A DNA stretch of 17,329 nucleotides, from contig JBNJDT010000031.1 of the NCBI GenBank assembly GCA_051745145.1, positions 1 to 17,329 of the forward strand, written 5' to 3'. The position numbers were made by a program, and so were the translations under genes. Of the stretch, positions 7,341-15,275 are shown piece after piece (positions within the stretch are counted from its first letter, which is position 1; every line of letters starts with the position of its first letter). The notes beneath the pieces are model-generated. The model did not search any database. It saw only the letters and a program-made list of their open reading frames with translations, and was not told where the DNA came from. The DNA comes from Elusimicrobiota bacterium (GTDB lineage: Bacteria; CG03; SLGR01; JAGXOG01).

Positions 7341-9803
7341 TTAAATAAAAAGATTAAGATTAGAATCTTCGGTGGCCTCTATATAACTTGCCACCCCGCC
7401 GACTTCCGTCCCCTCAATCAATTCTTCTTCTTTAATTCCCATTACCTCCATGGACATCTGGCAGGCTATAAACCTGGCCCCTCCCTTTTGGGCTTTTTTA
7501 ATTAAGGTTTCCAGGGTTTCTATATTCTTTTTCTTCATTACCCGTTTCATCATTTTAGAACCCAGGCCCCCAAAATTCATTTTGGAAAGTTTTAACTTAG
7601 AAGCATTTTTGGGCATAAACAGAGAAAACAGTTTAGATATAAAATCTTTTTTCACTTTAACTTTATCTTTCTTTATTACGTTCAACCCCCAGAAAGTGAA
7701 AAATATAGTAACTTCTTTTCCCATGGCCAGGGCCCCGTTGGCAATAACAAAAGAAGCCAGCGCCCGGTCCAGATCATCGTTAAAGACCACGAGGGTTTTT
7801 TCTTTACCGCCGGGACCTGCGGGTCTTTTATTTTTGCCACCCGATCTTTTCTTTACAGCAGCCCTGAAAACTCCTTTATCCGAAGACCGCCGGAGCAGAC
7901 TATTACCGGTTACACTGCTCCAGGATTTTACATCCATATAAAACCCGGGGTCCGAAGAAGATATTTCTATCACCGTTCCCTCTTCTAAATCTTTTATCCT
8001 GTTATTTAGCTTCATTATAGGACCCGGGCACTGGAGCCCGGTGGCATCGATAGAGACGTTAGCTTCTGTATCTATATTTTCTTCGGCTTCGGAAGCAGAA
8101 TATATCATATCGTCTTTTTCCACCCGGAGCCCTTCCTTAAGATTTTCATTACTCTGTTTCATGGTGGCATTTTCCCAGGTTTTGTATCCCCCGGATATAT
8201 TATAAACCTTTTCAAAACCGTTTTGCAAAAGAATCCGGGCGGCTACATAAGACCTTTGGCCGACGGAACAGTAAACGTATATTTTTTGGTCTTGGGGAAG
8301 AGAATCCAAATTTTCTCTCAGTTCGTTAACAGGTATGTTGACAGAACCGGGAATCTTTCCCAGCATAACCTCGTCTTCAGTTCTTACATCCAGAATAACA
8401 GTATCTTCAGGGGAGGCTTTTTCAACTGCTTCCCAGCTGACAAATTTCGCTCGGTTTTTCAAGACATTATCCGCCACAAATCCAGCTATATTAACCGGGG
8501 ATTTCGCCGATGAGAACGGAGGAGCATAGGCCTGCTCCATATCTTTTAACTCATCTACGGTCAAACCGTTTTGACGAATTACCGAGAGAGTTTCTGTAGC
8601 TTTATCAACACCCGAAAATCCGACCACCTGTCCTCCCAGCAGTTTTCCCTCATCATTAAAATTAATTTTTATGGAGAGAGGGTTGGAACCGGGATAGTAT
8701 CCGGCATGGTCTGCCCGGTGTATTATTACCGATTCATAATCCATATCCATGGCCTCCATAAATTTTGCCGAAAATCCGGTTACTCCCACTGAAATATCAA
8801 AAACTTTGGCTATGGCCGTACCCACTGCCCCTTTAAATTCACAACTTTCGCCGGTGGCTATGTTGTCGGCCACGATCCGGGCCTGTTTATTGGCGGGACC
8901 GGCCAAAGGAATGTTCCTCCCTACATCAAATACAGGGTCCCAGATTTCCACAGCATCTCCCAGGGCATAAATATCTTCATCCGAAGTGCGCATCTGACGG
9001 TCCACTTTTATACCCCCGGACTCCGCCAGCTTAAGTCCGGCACGCTTGGCCAGGCGGGTATTGGGTTTAATGCCCACCGAAACTATAATCATATCCGTAT
9101 CTAGATTTTTACCACTTTTAAATTCTGTATTCAACCTGCCGTCTTTATCTTCAATCTTGACCAGTTCTTCTTTTAAGTAAAACTCTATATTTTTTGATTT
9201 CAGATGCCGGTGGACCTCGGCTGACATTTCAAAATCAAGGGGAGAAACCAGCTGACCGGCCATTTCTAAAATAGTAATATTTATCCCCCGGTTATAGAGA
9301 TTTTCGGCCATCTCCAGACCGATATACCCTCCCCCTACTACCGTGGCGTGTTCGGGATTTTCTTTTTCTATGAAATTCTTTATCTTATCGCCGTCCGCCA
9401 CATTTCTTACCGTAAATACCTTATTATTTTCGATGCCCTCTATGGGGGGAAGTAAAACTTCCGAACCCGATGACAGAATAATTTTATCGTAACTTTCGGT
9501 ATACTCCCTGTCCGTTGCCAGGTCTCTTACCACAACTTCTTTCTTCTTGCGGTTTATATCCGTAACTTCATTTTTTACTCTCACATCTACGTTATAGCGG
9601 TCCCTAAAAGACTCCGGAGTTTGCAGAAGAATATTTTCTTTATTTTTTATTACCCCTCCCGTATAATAGGGCAGACCGCAGTTAGCATAGGATATGTGGT
9701 CATCCTTTTCAAAAAGAATTATCCGGGCATTTTCATCCATTCTTCTTAATCTTGCCGCCGAGGTCGCGCCGCCGGCTACCCCTCCAATTATTAATACTTT
9801 CAT
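7341..9803 (-). CDS. CoA-disulfide/persulfide reductase-rhodanese-TusA-DsrE2(DrsE) multidomain fusion
   Basis: FAD motif IIGGVAGG, redox Cys SYANCGL, NAD motif VVGGGYIG and YAPPFS. Rhodanese ILDVR...YCSVGQRS. TusA IDATGLQCPGP. DsrE2 FFTFWGL...ACQMSM. Start reassigned from 9854 to ATG 9803 (MKVLIIGG), which has a GGGAG SD and opens the Rossmann fold. Confidence 0.92.
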   Translation of the reverse strand: MKVLIIGGVAGGATSAARLRRMDENARIILFEKDDHISYANCGLPYYTGGVIKNKENILLQTPESFRDRYNVDVRVKNEVTDINRKKKEVVVRDLATDREYTESYDKIILSSGSEVLLPPIEGIENNKVFTVRNVADGDKIKNFIEKENPEHATVVGGGYIGLEMAENLYNRGINITILEMAGQLVSPLDFEMSAEVHRHLKSKNIEFYLKEELVKIEDKDGRLNTEFKSGKNLDTDMIIVSVGIKPNTRLAKRAGLKLAESGGIKVDRQMRTSDEDIYALGDAVEIWDPVFDVGRNIPLAGPANKQARIVADNIATGESCEFKGAVGTAIAKVFDISVGVTGFSAKFMEAMDMDYESVIIHRADHAGYYPGSNPLSIKINFNDEGKLLGGQVVGFSGVDKATETLSVIRQNGLTVDELKDMEQAYAPPFSSAKSPVNIAGFVADNVLKNRAKFVSWEAVEKASPEDTVILDVRTEDEVMLGKIPGSVNIPVNELRENLDSLPQDQKIYVYCSVGQRSYVAARILLQNGFEKVYNISGGYKTWENATMKQSNENLKEGLRVEKDDMIYSASEAEENIDTEANVSIDATGLQCPGPIMKLNNRIKDLEEGTVIEISSSDPGFYMDVKSWSSVTGNSLLRRSSDKGVFRAAVKKRSGGKNKRPAGPGGKEKTLVVFNDDLDRALASFVIANGALAMGKEVTIFFTFWGLNVIKKDKVKVKKDFISKLFSLFMPKNASKLKLSKMNFGGLGSKMMKRVMKKKNIETLETLIKKAQKGGARFIACQMSMEVMGIKEEELIEGTEVGGVASYIEATEDSNLNLFI

Positions 9804-9951
9804 TTTTTCTCCCTTTATTTTTACTGATTCTTCTTCTCTATTAAATTTTTTCATACAGAATTTATTTTTATCGGTGCTCGAGCAGCAATTTTGTCGCTTT
9901 AATTTTTATTTTTACCGATTTTATATTATTTAACCCGTTCTCTTATCTAAT

Positions 9952-11013
9952 TTAAAATTTACTTTTTTTTAAGGATGGAAACCGGCCCTTTGTCTTAAGA
10001 CATATTCTCACCAGCCAGAGCATAACCGGCACTTCAATAAGTACTCCCACCACCGTAGCCAGAGCGGCCCCGGACTGGAGTCCGAAAATAGTAACTGCCG
10101 TGGCTATGGCTACCTCAAAATGATTGGATGCCCCTATCATGGCCGCAGGAGCCGCTTCTTCATAAGTAAGGCCTATAAGCTCAGCAATTTTATAACCTAA
10201 TCCGAATATAAAGAGAGTTTGAATGGTAAGAGGAATAGCTATCAAAACCACCACGAATGGATCAGATAGAATGACGCCACCCTGAAGCATAAAAAGATAT
10301 ACCAGAGTAATAAGAAGACTTACTTTTGATATTGTCCCCATATCTTTTAAAAATACAGATTCGTACCACTCGAGCCCCTTCTTTTTAATTAAAGTTACCC
10401 GGGAAATATATCCGGCAACTAAAGATACCCCTACATAAAGCATAATACTTAAAAATATAGTCCAAAAAGGAATGGGCATTTCAGCTACTCCCAAAAGAAA
10501 ATTTCCCAGCGGAGCATAAAGAGCAAGCATGGTAAGAGAGTTTATAGCTACCAGTACAAGGGTCAGTCCCATAAAACCTCTGGCCAGGTAACTCCACACC
10601 AGAACCATGGCCGTACACGGGGCTATCCCCAGAAGTATCATTCCGGCCATGTATTCCCCGGCCATATCATAGGGCAGGAGGGGGGCGAAAATCACTCTCA
10701 TAAAAAGCCAGGCGAAAAAAGTCATGGTAAAAGGTTTAATCCCCCAGTTTATTATCAGGGTCAAAAGCACCGGTTTAGGGGCCTTAACAGCGTTTTTTAC
10801 TTCACTGAAATCAATCTGGACCATAATAGGATACATCATTCCAAACAAAAGAACGGCAATGGGAAGATTCACTCCCTCCACCGAAAAGGAATCCAGAAAA
10901 TTTGCCGCTTCCGGAAAAAGAGCGCCAAAACCTATTCCGGTAATTATACCCAGTATGACCCAGACCGTCAGATACTTTTCAAAAAAACTTATATCATATT
11001 TTTCTTGACTCAT
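9952..11013 (-). CDS. acr3: ACR3 family arsenite efflux transporter
   Basis: FEKYLTVWV, MMYPIM, LIINWGIKPFTM, GIAPCTAMV (essential Cys), ASNHFEVAIA and GVLIEVPV motifs; highly hydrophobic. SD AAAGGA. Confidence 0.95.
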   Translation of the reverse strand: MSQEKYDISFFEKYLTVWVILGIITGIGFGALFPEAANFLDSFSVEGVNLPIAVLLFGMMYPIMVQIDFSEVKNAVKAPKPVLLTLIINWGIKPFTMTFFAWLFMRVIFAPLLPYDMAGEYMAGMILLGIAPCTAMVLVWSYLARGFMGLTLVLVAINSLTMLALYAPLGNFLLGVAEMPIPFWTIFLSIMLYVGVSLVAGYISRVTLIKKKGLEWYESVFLKDMGTISKVSLLITLVYLFMLQGGVILSDPFVVVLIAIPLTIQTLFIFGLGYKIAELIGLTYEEAAPAAMIGASNHFEVAIATAVTIFGLQSGAALATVVGVLIEVPVMLWLVRICLKTKGRFPSLKKSKF

Positions 11014-11094
11014 ATTATTTTCCTTTCTCTATTTTCAAAAATTTTATATCTTAGTTTACCCTTCTTTATACCAGGAGCTAATCCCGCTTGTCCG

Positions 11095-11544
11095 TTATTT
11101 TTTTAGGACTCCCGGCATTTTCTGTATAAAATTTTTTATCTCTTCCCTTATACGCCGGTAATGTTCGAGAACTTCTTTTTCGGTCTTTGCTTCCTGGGCC
11201 AGCCGGGGAGGATCCTCAAAACCTTGGTGAACAATCCGTGTTTTTCCGGGAAAAACCGGACAGGTCTCCCTAGCATGATCGCATAAAGTCACTACGTAAT
11301 CAAAATCAATTCCTGTAAACCCGACAACCTTACTTGATTTTTGTCCGGATATATCAACTCCGGCTTCGGCCATAACCTTTACCGCCCGCTGGTCAAGCCC
11401 CTGGCTCTTAATCCCGGCCGAATAGGCCCAAATAGTATCGCCTTTTAAGTGCCGGGCCCACCCCTCGGCCATCTGACTCCGGCAAGAATTTCCGGTGCAC
11501 AAAAATAAAATTTTTAAAAGCTTTGCTTCTTTATCTACCGGCAC
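11095..11544 (-). CDS. arsC: Arsenate reductase, thioredoxin-coupled LMW-PTPase family
   Basis: P-loop CTGNSCRSQMAEG, resolving Cys pair TLCDHARETCP, FEDP motif. Lies between arsR and acr3. GTG start overlaps the arsR end by 10 nt; exact start uncertain. Confidence 0.92.
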   Translation of the reverse strand: MPVDKEAKLLKILFLCTGNSCRSQMAEGWARHLKGDTIWAYSAGIKSQGLDQRAVKVMAEAGVDISGQKSSKVVGFTGIDFDYVVTLCDHARETCPVFPGKTRIVHQGFEDPPRLAQEAKTEKEVLEHYRRIREEIKNFIQKMPGVLKK

Positions 11545-11894
11545 AGCTTTGCAGAATCACGGGCTAATATTTCATCAAGTTTTTTGCGATCCTCAGAAAC
11601 TTCAACGGTTTCAAAAACTCTATTTTCAAGCCAACTTTTTAATTCCGGTGAAATATTCTCTGATAATTTGTAATAAATCCATCTTCCCTCTTTGCGGGAC
11701 TTTATTAAATGTGCATCTTCTAAAAGACGTATATGACGTGAAACCGTTGAAGGGGCCAGACCGAGCAACTCAGTTATCTGACATACACACAGCTCTTCTT
11801 GATACATAAGAGCAGCTATTGCGCGCAACCGGTGAATTTCCGCCAGAGCTTTTACAGTTTTAACAGCTCTATCTATATGTTGTATATTTCGCAT
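11535..11894 (-). CDS. arsR: ArsR/SmtB metalloregulatory repressor
   Basis: ELCVCQI alpha3 box, HTH LAPSTVSRHI, wing RKEGRWIYY. Directly upstream of arsC-acr3. Confidence 0.92.
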   Translation of the reverse strand: MRNIQHIDRAVKTVKALAEIHRLRAIAALMYQEELCVCQITELLGLAPSTVSRHIRLLEDAHLIKSRKEGRWIYYKLSENISPELKSWLENRVFETVEVSEDRKKLDEILARDSAKLCR

Positions 11895-11905
11895 TATAAC
11901 GAAAT
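11886..11905. promoter_or_regulatory. Inverted repeat, probable ArsR operator
   Basis: ATTTCG-N8-CGAAAT, extendable to TATATTTCG...CGAAATGTA with one mismatch. Overlaps both the -10 box and the arsR start codon. Confidence 0.65.
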
Positions 11906-11931
11906 GTATTAAATATTTTTAAAAATGTCAA
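11903..11931 (-). promoter_or_regulatory. Sigma70-type promoter of the ars operon
   Basis: Minus strand TTGACA (11931-11926) - N17 - TACATT (11908-11903). Confidence 0.7.
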
Positions 11932-12014
11932 ATCTCATATTATCTCTAATTCACAAGCGGCAATGATGGGTTATTAAATTATTGGGGGGAAATTAATACT
12001 TTTAAATTTATTAT

Positions 12015-12437
12015 CTATAAATCCTCTAAATCATCCATACCCAAAACATCCATTCCTTCACTGATGCCGTCAATATATTTTTTTGCTAAATTTTTAATTT
12101 CCCAGGATGAAAGGGGCTTTTCCACATAATCATCTACTTCCAGTTTGATATATTCAATTTCGCTTTTGGTAAGTTTCATACCGGTCATCATAACGATAGT
12201 TATAGATTTAGTAATAGGATCGGTTTTTAACTGCTTGGCCACCGACTCGCCACTCATTTTAGGAAGTTTGTTGTCGAGATAGATAAGATCCGGCTGGTGT
12301 TTTTGGGCAATTTGAAAAGCCGTATTTCCGTCATTAGCCTCATAGATTTTAATATTATTAAAATCCTTTAAGGCTATCTTTATCATTTCCCTGATATTTG
12401 TATTATCATCAACTATCAGGACTACATGTTCTTTCAT
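12015..12437 (-). CDS. Single-domain response regulator (receiver only)
   Basis: VLIVDDN acidic pocket, phospho-acceptor PDLIYLD-NKLPKMSG, Thr in MMTG and Lys-Pro in YVEKP. Short acidic tail, no output domain. SD AAGGGA. Confidence 0.88.
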   Translation of the reverse strand: MKEHVVLIVDDNTNIREMIKIALKDFNNIKIYEANDGNTAFQIAQKHQPDLIYLDNKLPKMSGESVAKQLKTDPITKSITIVMMTGMKLTKSEIEYIKLEVDDYVEKPLSSWEIKNLAKKYIDGISEGMDVLGMDDLEDL

Positions 12438-12510
12438 ATTTATCCCTTACTTTAATAATGCAACAAATATATTTCTTTATATACTTAATTTAATACAATA
12501 ACCCTATTAT

Positions 12511-12539
12511 ATTTTATCTGTTCTAACTACCCATGTCAA
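12511..12539 (-). promoter_or_regulatory. Sigma70-type promoter of the response regulator
   Basis: Minus strand TTGACA (12539-12534) - N17 - TAAAAT (12516-12511). Confidence 0.7.
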
Positions 12540-12696
12540 ACCAATAAGAAATATATTTTTTATATTATTGCTATTGACATACAGGAATTATAATTAAAGC
12601 AAGCGGGATCATTTCACATTACTGATAAAAATATAAAAGATGCTTTTACACAGCTTCTATCACTTTATTTGTCTACGGCTGTAGTATTCTTTAGGT

Positions 12697-12969
12697 TTAA
12701 CTTATAGAAAGATCACCCTCTTCTTCTAACCTGTCAAATTCCAGCTCTATTTCCAGTTCGTCTGCTTCGCTATCTATCTCTACTTCAATGTTGTCTCTAA
12801 ATTTAAAGGGCAGTACCCAGTTATCGGTTTTTACTTCCAGTTCGTTTCCTTTTTCCAGCGAACCGGCCAGCTCCCTCAAAAACTGGGCCAGTTTTTTCCG
12901 GTCCATGTAAAACTCTTTTTTAAATCTACCTTCTATTTTTTCCTTTCCTGCTGAATTGTTTGTTGTCAT
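12697..12969 (-). CDS. Amphi-Trp domain-like small acidic protein
   Basis: Amphipathic helix MDRKKLAQFLRELAGSLEKG, then strictly alternating strands IEVEIDS and ELEIELEF. Start reassigned from 12990 to ATG 12969, which follows SD GAGGAGG. Confidence 0.75.
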   Translation of the reverse strand: MTTNNSAGKEKIEGRFKKEFYMDRKKLAQFLRELAGSLEKGNELEVKTDNWVLPFKFRDNIEVEIDSEADELEIELEFDRLEEEGDLSIS

Positions 12970-13009
12970 ATCTTTCCTCCTCTTATACATATTTAAATAT
13001 TTCTGCCTT

Positions 13010-13038
13010 ATTATATACTAAAATATATAATTATTCAA
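13010..13038 (-). promoter_or_regulatory. Sigma70-type promoter of the amphi-Trp-like gene
   Basis: Minus strand TTGAAT (13038-13033) - N17 - TATAAT (13015-13010). Confidence 0.6.
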
Positions 13039-13076
13039 CTGTTTTCAGTAAGGTAACCTCCATATTTGGAAAATAC

Positions 13077-13117
13077 AAAAAATTCCGAAAATTATAAGGC
13101 AAGTTTTTTCGAAATTT
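13077..13117 (-). terminator. Possible intrinsic terminator after the dsbD-like gene
   Basis: Minus-strand stem AAAUUUCGAAAA / UUUUCGGAAUUU (12 bp including one U-G pair, 14-nt loop) running into further U residues, starting 1 nt after the stop codon. The stem is AU-rich and therefore weak. Confidence 0.4.
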
Positions 13118-13118
13118 C

Positions 13119-15275
13119 CTACCGGGATATTTCGCTTTTTACCGACAATACCCGGCGGAATTCTTTTGCTCTTCCCGGAATTACAATTACGCCCTCAAAA
13201 TTCGCACCGTCAGGAACACTATCTTTAAAAGTCATTTTTATCCTGTATCCCTCTTCGGTTTTTTCCCATTTATACTCTTCGACATGTACTATATCCGAAC
13301 TCAGAGGGAAAAATTCCGCTTTTTTTATAATTTCTTTCTGAAACTCATCGGGCGGAAAAACTTTTAAAATCAAGTTATCTTTCTCGGTATTAATTTTAAA
13401 CTGCCAGTCCGGGTTAACCTCCGGCTGCTGGGCATTTATTTTTTTAAACTTATCGGTCCATTTTTCTATTTTTACAGGAGGCTCACTTTTTACCGGTAAT
13501 TTTAAACTGGCTGCCCCATCCCGGGACACACACATTTCTTTGCATATAAGCCACGAAGCTTTCACTCTCATACTTACAGTGGTACCGGGCTTAAGATGTG
13601 AAGGAACGGTTATTTCTCTTGAAAGAAGCAGGCTGTCCTCATGTCCGAAAGTAATAAAATCTCCTTCATAAAATTTTTCCGGCGCGGGCCATTTAATTTC
13701 TTTAGCAGAAAAATTATCCGGCATATCCCATTCAATTTCCGGTTTCATACCCGATTCTCCGGGATTAATCCAGTAAGTATGCCACCCTTCCCTCATTTTA
13801 AAAAGCACTCCCACCTGAAACGACGAACCCGGTTTAATCCACTGAACATCCGATATTAAGTCAATTCCGGTATCCTTCTTTTCTTCTTCTTCAGAGGTTA
13901 CTCTATTTTTACGTTTCTCAGATGTAAGTAAGTTTTCTACACTGTTAATCTTTTCTTTAAACCTATCCGGAGAAATATAACCAACTACTCTCTCCCCCTT
14001 TAATTCCCGGCCGTCTTTATCCAAAAATACAATTGTGGGGACTCCGGTAACATCGAACTCTTCTCTTACTTTCCGGGCGAGCGGCGAATCGTAATCCGTA
14101 AGATCGGCCTTAAGGAGCTTATATCCGGAAAGTTTTTCCATTACCTGATTATCGGCAAACGTTTTCCGACCAAGTTCAAGACAGGGTATACACCAGTCCG
14201 CAGAAAAATAAACTACAGCGGGCCGGTCATTATCAGCTGCTTCCGCCTCCAGATCTTTAGAATACGCCTCCCATTCAACAGAAGTTTCCCGGCCGGCAAA
14301 AAACAATATTAAACCCAGAATTACTACAATCAATCCTATCACCCGCTTTATCCAGCAAAAAACTGATGAGGTACTTCCCGATTTTTCGATAAAACCCAGA
14401 TAAATACCTCCGCTGAAAAGAACAAGGGGGATAATCACAAAAACCAGATCCGGAGAAAAGGCAAGAGATATATAAAAAAAGCCCACTCCCACAAGAGCTA
14501 CTCCCAACAATTTCCTGACCCATACCATCCAATCTCCGGAGCCGGGTAATTTAGAGATAAGTCCGGAAAACGTTCCCAGCAGAAGATAGGGTAATCCCAG
14601 CCCTAAACTCAATATAAAAAATATAAAAAACCCAAACACAGGATCCCCGCGCTGGCCCACCAGGGTGAGCAGTCCTATTACAGGCGGCCCCACACACGGG
14701 GCCGCAAATATACCTACAAAAAGTCCGGAAAGATATAGACCGGCATAGCCCGCCGTTTTATCTCCCCCCAGGCCCCGGGATAAAAAGGCCGGCGGTTTTA
14801 ATTCATAAAGCCCAAACATACTCAGGGACAAAATAAAAAAAAGCAAAGCTATGGAAACTATAACCGTTCTGGACTGTAAAAGCCCTCCGAAAAGTTCCCC
14901 GGTAAAAGCGGCCACAACTCCCAGGACGCTGTACATTGTGGCAATCCCTAAAACATATATCCCGGCCCTTAAAAAAGTGCGGAGCTTACCGAATTTTCCT
15001 CCCGCCCCAAAAATTGAGACAGTGATAGTGAGCATAGGATATACGCAGGGTGTTAAATTAAGGGCCAGTCCAAGGAGGAAAACCCCCACAAAAGCGGCAA
15101 TGCCCCCCTGCTTTTCAAAAGATATTTCCTCTGCTTTTTCGGTAGTCTCAAATCTTTTCAGGGTCTCTGTCCGGCTCAGACTTTCTTGAGCGTATGTTCG
15201 GTGTACTCCCAATATAGAAAAGTTCAAGATTAGCAACGTTGTTATTATAATAAACTTAAAATATTTGTATCTCAT
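13119..15275 (-). CDS. dsbD: DsbD/ScsB-family thiol:disulfide interchange protein with permuted domain order (TM beta - thioredoxin gamma - Ig-like alpha)
   Basis: Signal peptide ending TYA. TM Cys motifs LTPCVYPM and AAPCVGPP, and LPGSGDWM. Thioredoxin motifs ADWCIPC and GVPT. C-terminal domain with GWHTYWINPGESG and WLICKEMC. Confidence 0.85.
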   Translation of the reverse strand: MRYKYFKFIIITTLLILNFSILGVHRTYAQESLSRTETLKRFETTEKAEEISFEKQGGIAAFVGVFLLGLALNLTPCVYPMLTITVSIFGAGGKFGKLRTFLRAGIYVLGIATMYSVLGVVAAFTGELFGGLLQSRTVIVSIALLFFILSLSMFGLYELKPPAFLSRGLGGDKTAGYAGLYLSGLFVGIFAAPCVGPPVIGLLTLVGQRGDPVFGFFIFFILSLGLGLPYLLLGTFSGLISKLPGSGDWMVWVRKLLGVALVGVGFFYISLAFSPDLVFVIIPLVLFSGGIYLGFIEKSGSTSSVFCWIKRVIGLIVVILGLILFFAGRETSVEWEAYSKDLEAEAADNDRPAVVYFSADWCIPCLELGRKTFADNQVMEKLSGYKLLKADLTDYDSPLARKVREEFDVTGVPTIVFLDKDGRELKGERVVGYISPDRFKEKINSVENLLTSEKRKNRVTSEEEEKKDTGIDLISDVQWIKPGSSFQVGVLFKMREGWHTYWINPGESGMKPEIEWDMPDNFSAKEIKWPAPEKFYEGDFITFGHEDSLLLSREITVPSHLKPGTTVSMRVKASWLICKEMCVSRDGAASLKLPVKSEPPVKIEKWTDKFKKINAQQPEVNPDWQFKINTEKDNLILKVFPPDEFQKEIIKKAEFFPLSSDIVHVEEYKWEKTEEGYRIKMTFKDSVPDGANFEGVIVIPGRAKEFRRVLSVKSEISR

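Noticed and set aside
9804..9854. 17-aa N-terminal extension of the reductase (ORF-track start 9854)
   Set aside because: ATG9803 has an SD and begins the Rossmann strand; 9854 has no SD.
9814..9920. Mini-CRISPR interpretation of the three direct repeats
   Set aside because: The repeats are only 16 bp, low-complexity and degenerate, and no cas genes are present in the window.
12465..12566. AAATATATTT...ATAT near-direct repeats
   Set aside because: Nearly pure A/T in an AT-rich spacer; not distinguishable from background.
11081..12609. Shared CAAGCGG(GAT) word in three intergenic regions (11081-11090 minus, about 11954 plus, 12600-12609 plus)
   Set aside because: Only 7-10 bp, with inconsistent orientation and position relative to genes; compatible with chance.
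12970..12990. ORF-track start at 12990 for the amphi-Trp-like gene
   Set aside because: The extra codons contain the GAGGAGG SD that serves ATG12969.
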